Assembly: GCA_024704765.1 (NCBI GenBank)
Contig: JAKMXF010000354.1
Location: forward strand, 481,690-545,689
Reading direction: 5' to 3'
Length of the DNA: 64,000 nucleotides
Origin: Oopsacas minuta
Lineage: Eukaryota > Animalia > Porifera
Shown here: positions 55,664 through 64,000 of the stretch, one piece after another
Layout: the number at the start of each line of letters is the position of its first letter
Position numbering within the stretch: the stretch's first letter is position 1
Translations under genes and position numbers: made by a program
Notes under the pieces: generated by a model
What the model was told of the DNA's origin: nothing
Databases searched by the model: none
What the model saw: only the letters and a program-made list of their open reading frames with translations

Positions 55664-56632
55664 CTACTGAGAGGCCTGCACATGTGTATAGTAATGGAGA
55701 CGTAGAGAAGAGAAGTGTTTGAACATGATATCGCATTCAAGACATTTGAACAGTGTGACTCTCCCATTAGGTTGAGAAATAATATTCTTTGTGATGATAG
55801 GTTGAGGAATAATATTGTTTGTGATGATAGGTTGAGGTGTGGGAGACTGTGTCTTATCCACAGCAATGTGTACGATATGTTGAGAATAATGGGTATGGTA
55901 CTCAAGTGCATCTCTGAATATGATACCACAGCATTTACATACTAATCCTTCCTCGAGGTTAGTGGAACAAGCGTGATTGAAGTGCTGAGATAATTGGGGA
56001 TGTCCGTTGTAAGTTTTTGTAGTGAAAGGGCGAGCTGAGGCAGGGGGAAGAGAATTGAGGACAAGTTTATGATGAGGTGGGGTACCAGGAGTGCTACACG
56101 GAAGATGGAGTGAATTATTAGACTCGGATTTCTCCGGTATTGATGGTGTTGTAACAAGTGAGCTAACCTCGTGAGAAATAGCAGGGTCTGTTACGAACAC
56201 GATTGCTCGGTTAGAGGACTGGTAGAGAGGTGTCTCACAGGTGCGGTACAGGAGTGTTCCTGGAGGAACAGACGCCTCATCACTCACAGAAGTCAGCTGA
56301 TAAATACCGTAAGGTGGAGATGGAGTTGTGAAGTGATGAGGCTGAGGAGAACTACTTATAAAATCACTATTCTGAGAGATATAACTCTGTTCAGGAACTG
56401 TTTGTTGTTTACTTGCGATACTGCTACATACATGCTCCCTGGGAGTACCAACTGTAGGACTCATTCTCCTCTTCCGTGTACATTCATTCCTATTAGCCCC
56501 TTCCTTCAACTTCTTATGATACTCAACTGCATAATCTATGTAATTATCAGGCCGTTCACATAGCGCTGAAGTTATGAAATCTTGAATCATATCTTGCAAT
56601 GCAGTTGGTAGAAGAATGGGAAATTCACACAT
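55664..56632 (-). CDS. RII-type dimerization/docking domain + C2H2 zinc-finger protein (gene B), single ORF of 322 aa
   Basis: LPTALQDMIQDFITSALCERPDNYIDYAVEYH at the N-terminus, an S/P/T-rich linker, and fingers CKCC..FRDALEYHTHYSQH and FKCLEC..FKHFSSLRLHYYTH. Confidence 0.85.
   Translation of the reverse strand: MCEFPILLPTALQDMIQDFITSALCERPDNYIDYAVEYHKKLKEGANRNECTRKRRMSPTVGTPREHVCSSIASKQQTVPEQSYISQNSDFISSSPQPHHFTTPSPPYGIYQLTSVSDEASVPPGTLLYRTCETPLYQSSNRAIVFVTDPAISHEVSSLVTTPSIPEKSESNNSLHLPCSTPGTPPHHKLVLNSLPPASARPFTTKTYNGHPQLSQHFNHACSTNLEEGLVCKCCGIIFRDALEYHTHYSQHIVHIAVDKTQSPTPQPIITNNIIPQPIITKNIISQPNGRVTLFKCLECDIMFKHFSSLRLHYYTHVQASQ
55768..55828. repeat. 30-bp tandem duplication inside gene B (PQPIITNNII/PQPIITKNII)
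   Basis: AATAATATT(C/G)TTTGTGATGATAGGTTGAGG occurs twice in tandem. Confidence 0.85.
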
Positions 56633-57543
56633 TTAGAATTATCCAAATACAAAATATTATGTCGAAAGAAAAGCAGTAAAACAAACAAACAAAGCTATGA
56701 TCCTACTACAATGTTTTATACTAGAGCAATGTTCACCCGCCTTGCAACTAAAGATGTTGGAATGGCATCCTTATACAGCCATTCTTTGTGAGAAGTGAGT
56801 TTATGTAACACCAGTTATCCTCTTTGCCTAGCATCATAAATATAAAGGAAATTTGATATGGAAGTAACCGCGGAACTATAGAACAATTAATTGATCTCGT
56901 AATGGCAACTATTTATAGTGTATAGAAATATAGTTAAAGTGGAGGTTGCATCATCTCTCCAGTCACTGATAGTTTCAGTTAAATGCTAAATAATTGTTTT
57001 GAATTCATACATAACATATCTCCTCACCGATGAATCACACTTGCAATGAGTGAAAGCAGTCAAATAGCAATGGATCGATTGTGTGGAGTTCTTTGTTCTG
57101 TAATAGTAAATATCATTATCAAATAATGACAGCTCAGACTGGTATTCAAGAATGAATTTTCATGAAATAATGTGTAATACTACACTTTAACTTATTTAGG
57201 TTGTAATTACCCAGCTCAATTGTTTGAAATAATGATACAAGTTATCTCTCCTCATAGATTCTAGACATTTGACCATTCTCATGTTCAAGGTTAACTTAGA
57301 ATAAATGCATCCAATTATTTCACCATAAATAATTTGATAGTATTGTAGATCCATACATATACAAAGCTACCGAACACACATTAAGACGATGTTTGTAAAT
57401 GATAGACAAGTCCTGACAATGTATACAAGGGAAATATGATAGTATTCTGTAGATGAACGTTCAACTAATGAAGAAATTGGATAGTTTAGTTGGTATATAA
57501 TATAAGGTTATATGTAATGAGAATATATTAGTAGAATAAATAA

Positions 57544-58755
57544 ATGAGTACAACATTTCATCTTGCTAGCTCAGGAGAATATCAATCAGAGTTAAAGAAT
57601 TTTAAGCTCAGAAATGGTGATAACAAACTTAGCCTGTTTGGTGCAGTTTCAGAGTTTAAAAATCTCACAACTAAGGTATTAGAAACATATATGGAAATTC
57701 TAGTACAACTTGAATGTATTGATAACGACCTAGAGAGGAAAATCAATGAAATAATTGAGATGAGAGATGTAGTTGAATGGCTATTCCATGATTTATCAGG
57801 TTTATTACAACAGAGGACGAAATTTACTCCGGTACAGTCTCAAATTGGATATTTAATCAGCGAATTGGAACAAATAATATTCATAAAGATACCAAATATT
57901 GAAATAAATTGGGATAGCAAATATAATCCAAGATTGGGTATCTCATATAATCCTTATAGGTTCCGAAATTATCCAATCTGGACGAATGGCAGGAAAGGGA
58001 AGGAAGAAAATACATTCAGCTTTCCTTGTGATCTAGCGATAGATTCTATTACTGGAATGATATATGCAGTTGATTATCAGAATTGTGAAATTTATGTTTA
58101 TGATAAATACGGTCAATATAAAATGAAGTTTAAAGACAGTAGTGTATTAAAAGGACCTCGTAAACTAGCTCTTCAGGGAAAGTACCTATACGTCATAGTT
58201 GAAACTGACGTTATTCTCAAATTCAATTGTGAAAATGGAAGTCTCTTAGATAAAAAGAAATTAAACTTTTTCATCGGTGGAATTGATTCCTGGGAAGATA
58301 AGCTATATGGAGGAGACTATGGAAAGTGTATAGTGCATGTTATGAACGAATCTTTCGTAGGGACTCAAACACTGAGCATTGATGCGACAGAAAAATCTGG
58401 TATACAGTATGTAAAGGCTCGAGAAAACGGTTTATATCTTCTCTTCAAATCTAGTAAAAATTGGTTACAAAAATTTTCTTATACTGGTGCGTTATTGAGC
58501 ACTTTTAGTACAGATGATTTTACAAGTGAAGTTTGGTTCTTTAACTTAGATCTTAGCAATAACATTATAATTACTGCGTCAAAATGCGGATTAATGAGAA
58601 TCTACAACCCGAAAGGAGAATTATTGAAGAGTTATGGAGACACCCTAGAAGATAGTGTCGGAACTATTATTACACCTAGAGGGGTTGTTTTAACGCAAGA
58701 TTACCGTATAATAGTATTGTGTTTGAAGGAAAAGCATTGCTTGCAATGTTTCTAA
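57544..58755 (+). CDS. Coiled-coil + NHL/beta-propeller repeat protein (TRIM-NHL-like C-terminus, no RING)
   Basis: Helical N-terminus followed by NHL-like blades (FSFPCDLAID..IYAVD, PRKLAL, IYNPKGELLKSYG, PRGVVLT..RIIV). Confidence 0.75.
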   Translation: MSTTFHLASSGEYQSELKNFKLRNGDNKLSLFGAVSEFKNLTTKVLETYMEILVQLECIDNDLERKINEIIEMRDVVEWLFHDLSGLLQQRTKFTPVQSQIGYLISELEQIIFIKIPNIEINWDSKYNPRLGISYNPYRFRNYPIWTNGRKGKEENTFSFPCDLAIDSITGMIYAVDYQNCEIYVYDKYGQYKMKFKDSSVLKGPRKLALQGKYLYVIVETDVILKFNCENGSLLDKKKLNFFIGGIDSWEDKLYGGDYGKCIVHVMNESFVGTQTLSIDATEKSGIQYVKARENGLYLLFKSSKNWLQKFSYTGALLSTFSTDDFTSEVWFFNLDLSNNIIITASKCGLMRIYNPKGELLKSYGDTLEDSVGTIITPRGVVLTQDYRIIVLCLKEKHCLQCF

Positions 58756-59130
58756 TATTTTATAGATTATTTTTCCGGTCTCGTAATTTGTGTTAATAGT
58801 CATACATGTATATTAAGATTTTTGACTGAGAAGCTGTATGATATATTTAATTATTTATTCCGCACATAAACATAAATAACAAATTGGTCTTACGTAACCT
58901 GCAACCTATTTAGTGACTTCATGAGGTTGCTATGGGATTGTATTTACATTAATTAACGTTATCCTTTGTCGAGAAATCGCATACCTTTAAATGGCCGGGG
59001 AATTACATACAAATTTGTCGAGGAATGCAGCGCCTCCGTTGATAGTTAGAAAAATACTAACAAATTATATTTGGCTAAATAATATAATATGATATATTCT
59101 ACTGTCAAATAATTCGAAGGAAGCATGTGG

Positions 59131-59192
59131 AGAGCTGTTAGGTCAAGATAAGTCCCTTTGAGTTTCAGACAAATCCATCATACACAGGATCA
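59131..59192 (-). promoter_or_regulatory. SECIS element in the SELENOO 3' UTR
   Basis: Minus strand CUGUGU-AUGAU-GGAUUUGUCU-GAAACUCAAAG-GGACUUAUCU-UGAC-CUAACAG: AUGA/GA core, helix II with 8 of 10 pairs, apical AAA, and helix I CUGU/ACAG. Confidence 0.85.
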
Positions 59193-59227
59193 GTATTGGG
59201 GAATAAATAACGTTAGATATCTACGAT

Positions 59228-61147
59228 CTACGAGGATCATGTAACACATATTCCTAAAGCATTAATAGGAGGTCTCTCAGAGTAGTTATTAGATATATGA
59301 GGAGTAGCTGCTTCGGGTGTTACAACAGTATCAGCTGGTTGGCTATAAGGTTGTTGTAATAGCTCCAGAACCTTGTTAACTTCTGTATAATCTCCCTTCT
59401 CAGCCGCTTCTATTGCAGCCTGTGCTACATAGTTTCTGAGGACCATAATAGGGTTATTGCGGTTCATAACACTTATTCTTGCTGTGTTAATACTTGTCGA
59501 ATCACTACCAGTTTCCATCCTGAGTCTTTCGGAATATTTATCAAGCCAGGCACACCAGAGAGCGGAATCTTCCTCTTGTTTCTGCTCTTGATTCATTTTT
59601 CCTAGATCTTTATGAGAATTAATCTTGTCTAGCTCGCTCTTAACTTTACTGATCATTCGCTCATCAGCAAACTGAGGAGATTGTTGCATTAGTTGCAGGA
59701 TTAACTCCATCTGTCTGGGGTCCATTTTAGGCGTACTCACCTTTTTCAATTCATCAATTGTAGAGCATTGGGATAGGATTTTGTTGAGGCACGCTATTTT
59801 TGACGCCTCGAAACCTTCAACTCCTGGTACCAACATTAAGTTAAGATTACGGAATGTATTCGTAAAATCTGCAAATGTTCTATGCATTGTGTCTAACAGA
59901 GTGTTTACTAGCTCCAGATCTCCTTCCATTTCTTGTAGTAATCCTAACTTACTTCTCATTTTAGTTATGTATTCCCTCTCATAAACACGCATATACTCCT
60001 CCTTTATGACCAGCTGACCTTCTGAGAGAGGGAGAACTGGATCCAAGGCCTCAGCCAATTTTCTTAAGTTCCACCCACAGATCTCTGGCTGACTAGAGAA
60101 CTTGTATCTCCCTCCATCATCTGATCCGTTACAGATGAAATCGGGATCATAATGGTCCATGAAGCCGAAAGGTCCGTAGTCAATGGTTAATCCCATGATG
60201 CTCATATTGTCAGTGTTGAGAACTCCATGACAGAATCCTACCGTCTGCCAATGTGAAACTAGTACTGCGGTTGAGCGAACTACTTCTCGGTAGAATTCTC
60301 GTGTCTTCTCCAAAAGAGGAATCTCCTTTGCATATATTTCTGGAAAGAAAGTGGATATACAATACTCTACCAGCTGCTGCTTAATATCCTGACGACCTAG
60401 ACTGGGGCCCTGTCTAGCTGTCTGCTGATCTCGTGTCTTGAAAATTTCGAATGAACCAAATCGAATGAAAGTAGGAGCTATTCTAGATACTATAGTACAT
60501 CTCTCTTCAATAGGATTTCCGCTATAAAATATATCTCTTACTACTCTAGAGTCAGATGTAATACAGCTGCCAGCTCTTGTCGTAGGAACACCTAAATTAT
60601 ACATTGCTTCACTACAAAGAAATTCACGTATACTAGAACGGAGAACTTTCCTCCCATCAGCTGTTCTGGAATAAGGTGTTTTACCCGCACCTTTCAGCTG
60701 GAGCTCCCATCGTTCTCCCTTCCCATTTATCACCTCTCCCAGGTAAATAGCAGCCCCATCTCCCAGCTGACCAGAGAAGTATCCAAATTGATGACCACAA
60801 TAACAATGTGCTGCAGGCTCGCTACCTGGTAATACCTTATTCCCAGAAAAATATTCTACAAAACTATCAATTGACTCCTTATCCGGGTCAATGTCTAGCA
60901 AAGATAGAGCAGATTTGGAATGTGCTACTAGAGTAGGGTTCTCAACTGGGGTTGGTTGTAATCGGGAGAAACATGCTCCAGTAACTGTACGGACATAGTT
61001 CTGTTCATCTCTATCTATGGGCAGTTGTTGTAAGGCTCTGTTATTAAATTTTAAAGATTCCATGATTGAAGCGGAATAGTATCGATAAGAGTGAGTGGGA
61101 AGTAACGAATATCTTATTAATCTGGTATACTGTAGTAACGAGCGCAT
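59228..61147 (-). CDS. SELENOO: Selenoprotein O (AMPylase pseudokinase) with UGA-encoded Sec; C-terminus CVTUSS
   Basis: HCYCGHQFG..GQLGDG, ELQLKGAGKTPYSRTADGRKVLRSSIREFL, GFCHGVLNTDNMS and IDYGPFGF. The TGA at 59237-59239 is followed by TCC TCG TAG. The N-terminus resembles a mitochondrial presequence. Confidence 0.95.
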
Positions 61148-61425
61148 ACAGCTGTTACAAGCTAACCACGGTATGTAAGTATGTATAAAATATTAGCATA
61201 TTAACCAATTGAACTGACAAACCAATTCTAGAGACATTTATTGCTCTCTGAGCATGTTACACATTAGTTTTTAGCAATTAATAATCTGAATATTAGAGAA
61301 TCTTCAAACTTATATAAGAACGTAAATAATACACAGTAAAATGCATTAATATATACAAAATGCGTAAGCATAGCAAACACAATAAAGCCGTTAGAAAGAG
61401 ATTACCTTAAAAAGGTCAAATAGCG

Positions 61426-62841
61426 CTAAAAAACGGTTTTTCCCAACTCCAACTCAGCTGATCTCATTGCTTGATCAACTTGCTTCATTGTGATATTAAT
61501 CTTTGAAATATTTTCAAACAAAAATTCGTGATTATTATACTTACCAGTCATTTTGGAGAATAATTGTGCTAAATCGACAAATTCATTCAAAGTGAATATT
61601 TCATTTTGTACCATGCGTAGAATCCCTAGTGCAGTCCTGTAGATGAACAGCTCTCCGTCTCTGAAGAACACATCCCATAATCTACATACAACTTCGATAT
61701 CAAATGGTTTACTGAACAGAGTGAATACCCAATCAAGCATGTAGAAATTTGATGTAATCCCAACGTAGTTTAATTTCTCGGCTATCTTAGGGAAGAAAGA
61801 ATGTAAGAGTTTATCAAATCCTAGAAAGAACAAATTCATACGTCTGTCATCTACTCTATAGAATGTCTGTAGAATCGGTTTATTCAGGAGATTAGCTAGA
61901 CACACAAACGCATCATACTCATCAAGGTTTAGAATAAGCAAAGCAGCTAGGTAAGACATTCCCTGTACATAGCCTATGTCAGGACGGAAACACGTGTATG
62001 CTCCAAGTAGATTATGTAACGGTTCGTAGAAAGGGCCACCTTCATTAAATATAGCTAATGTAGGGAAAGTACGTGCTATATCAAAGCGTATAGATTCTAA
62101 CGTATCTTCTCTACCTTTTAGAGTTTGCAAGAGATGAAGAGGTACATCAGTTTCACTCTCAACTTTCTGTGAAAAAACGCTGTCATGTATTTGAAGCTTC
62201 TTCTTTGCGTGGTCTAGGAAAATACCGTACAGATCTTCAGTAACGTTAAGTTCGTTAGGTACACACAGTTTCCAGACTTCAGCACGTACCTTAGGGGGTA
62301 GACCTCTCCACCAAGCTTCTTGTACTCGCTTGCTGTGAATAAACTTATCAGACCACTGAGGGAGAATTTGTTCAAGCCAGAGTTTCTGTAGATCCTCTTG
62401 CTCCTGTTCTCTATGATCTTGTTTCTCTCTCATAGATACAGTCCTTTCCAAATCTCTCTTCCTCGAGCCCTCTACCATCTTCTCGTACTCTCGTAATCTC
62501 TTCTTCTGCTCCTTCTGAGAGCGCTCAGGGGTACCCTTAGGACGCTGATGTAATATCAGCTGTCCTTGAGTGTCACTGTTTGTGAAGAGAGAAATAGAAC
62601 GTTTTGGCTTAGATTTGCTAGCTAATTTTATATTATCAGTTGAGCTGGAAAGTTCTTCTGATCGTATAGAAAGTTTACGTGTAGTTGATGTGACGTCATC
62701 ACATGTGGATATGGAAGCACCTAGAGAGCTGTGGCTTGAAGTATCAGTAGTCACTAATGAACTAGATTCATTCTGGAAATTAGAGTTTGACAGTTGATCT
62801 CCTTCTGCAAATATCTCATTCGAAGATTCCAGTGCACTCAT
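61426..62841 (-). CDS. TBC1D12/14: TBC1 domain family member 12/14-like RabGAP
   Basis: WWRGLPPKVRAEVW, IRFDIARTFP, YTCFRPDIGYVQGMS, FVCLANLLNKP and WVFTLFSK..CRLWD. Confidence 0.9.
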   Translation of the reverse strand: MSALESSNEIFAEGDQLSNSNFQNESSSLVTTDTSSHSSLGASISTCDDVTSTTRKLSIRSEELSSSTDNIKLASKSKPKRSISLFTNSDTQGQLILHQRPKGTPERSQKEQKKRLREYEKMVEGSRKRDLERTVSMREKQDHREQEQEDLQKLWLEQILPQWSDKFIHSKRVQEAWWRGLPPKVRAEVWKLCVPNELNVTEDLYGIFLDHAKKKLQIHDSVFSQKVESETDVPLHLLQTLKGREDTLESIRFDIARTFPTLAIFNEGGPFYEPLHNLLGAYTCFRPDIGYVQGMSYLAALLILNLDEYDAFVCLANLLNKPILQTFYRVDDRRMNLFFLGFDKLLHSFFPKIAEKLNYVGITSNFYMLDWVFTLFSKPFDIEVVCRLWDVFFRDGELFIYRTALGILRMVQNEIFTLNEFVDLAQLFSKMTGKYNNHEFLFENISKINITMKQVDQAMRSAELELGKTVF

Positions 62842-63506
62842 TTGAATGAGGTATTCTTTTATAAAATAATTAACATTGTATGAAGTGTATCATATCGTAA
62901 AAGAAATATGTATTTTGGTATATGATAATACAAAGTAGATTTTGTAAATATAAATAGGAATGTTTGAAGCTTTGTTGAGAGATAAATATTAACAATTTTT
63001 ACAACTATTATGCTTCATACTTGACGGAGTATCAATGGTGTATTATCTACGTATTTCTAATTGGGAGGGTGACGTTAGAGCTCGAGAAGGCAGATATTAC
63101 CCCGTGGGATGTAATCACGTATAATAAGTTACAAAATATTAATGATCTAGAATAGATATTTGTTTACGCGTATTTTCTAAATTTAGCTACTTTGCAAATT
63201 CTACCAAGTAATAGTAGTATAAAAGTAGATGTAAACGGAAGATGAAATTACACAGATAAGTAATAGCTTAAGCACGGGAGAATTTCTCATAACTTACATA
63301 GCTCTAAGTATAATGAACTTTGTAACTTGTGATGTAATTGAGCTAATAATAACTCGTCCAGTTTAGCATGGTATGATCATAAGATCGATCATGTTGTTGT
63401 AGGAGAGTCTACAAGTAAAAATATGTAATGCTATAACCACTGTCTTGTATTTCCCAAAACGTAGGTATAAATTTCCAGCAGAAACAGATACACACAATTA
63501 ATTGAG

Positions 63507-64000
63507 ATGAACAAGTACTATTCATATTTTATAACACTGGTACTTTCAGTGCTATTAACTTTAACTATTTGTGCTGATGAATGTATAAAGATTTCAGATT
63601 GCGCTTGTAGTACTGCGAAAAATGGTGAAATTGACTTAGCGGGCCTAGCGGGGGAGCAGGGGTATCTAGAAGCGGATAATGACCCTAAATATAAATTCCG
63701 TTTCTACCCGTGTGAAATCAAACAAGATTGGAATAATAGGTGTACCATACAGGATGGCCCAGCTCTTTGTCAGTATCTTTACAGTATAGGAGAAACTTTT
63801 AATTTGGGAAAAGTAGAAACTATGAGGGTAGAAAGCCATAGTGGACTTGTAACCGTATTTAATTATACGCAGGGCACTCCTGACGAAAAGGGTAACAGAA
63901 CCAGCGAAATTGAACTTGTATGCAATCCAAATGTAACTGAAACAGTTTTTGAATTTGTTGAAGAGCGTCCTATCATTCATTACAAATTCAGGTTAACTTC
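63507..64000 (+). CDS. Signal peptide + mannose-6-phosphate receptor homology (MRH)-like domain protein (CD-MPR/ATG27-like), 3' partial
   Basis: Hand translation: MNKYYSYFITLVLSVLLTLTICADEC..C.C....IDLAGL..YKFRFYPC..ALCQ..FNLG..YTQG..RTSEIELVCNP..FEFVEERPIIHYKFRLT. The frame is open to the window end, so the ORF track missed it. Confidence 0.75.
   Translation, partial: MNKYYSYFITLVLSVLLTLTICADECIKISDCACSTAKNGEIDLAGLAGEQGYLEADNDPKYKFRFYPCEIKQDWNNRCTIQDGPALCQYLYSIGETFNLGKVETMRVESHSGLVTVFNYTQGTPDEKGNRTSEIELVCNPNVTETVFEFVEERPIIHYKFRLT

Noticed and set aside
56700-57500. Decayed transposase
   Set aside because: Only vague stop-interrupted fragments; no catalytic motif could be supported.
3451-62797. 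Numerous 60-130 aa ORFs overlapping larger genes on the opposite strand (e.g. 3451, 7923, 8184, 12472, 21550, 24382, 48088, 52087, 56171, 59781, 62570)
   Set aside because: Antisense or alternate-frame shadows of well-supported genes, with no domain evidence.
63666-63980. Minus-strand 104-aa ORF
   Set aside because: Antisense shadow of the plus-strand signal-peptide/MRH ORF starting at 63507.

Overview
AT-rich, gene-dense eukaryotic (metazoan) DNA. The mix of compact intronless conserved genes, nested genes and an Lsi2-type silicon transporter suggests a siliceous sponge, possibly a glass sponge (inference only). Most genes lie on the minus strand. Single-ORF genes: Lsi2-like transporter, PYROXD1, a MYST acetyltransferase, RPTOR, IFT27, SKA1, LRRIQ1, ANKLE2, SPCS2, SELENOO, TBC1D12/14, an NHL-repeat protein and a 7TM-like orphan. 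Spliced genes reconstructed by hand, which the ORF track fragments: a cadherin hosting the Lsi2-like gene in an intron; a 21-exon PXK hosting four nested genes; a 16-exon PKA RII subunit; TTC4; and HAUS3 with a GC-AG intron. SELENOO has a UGA-Sec codon (CVTUSS) and a SECIS element. A foldback-like element with 141-bp tandem-repeat arms surrounds a 9-mer array. The top candidate for a novel system is two tandem paralogous genes that fuse a PKA RII-type dimerization/docking domain to C2H2 zinc fingers, about 10-15 kb from the true RII gene. No database searches were run; family calls rest on recalled motifs.
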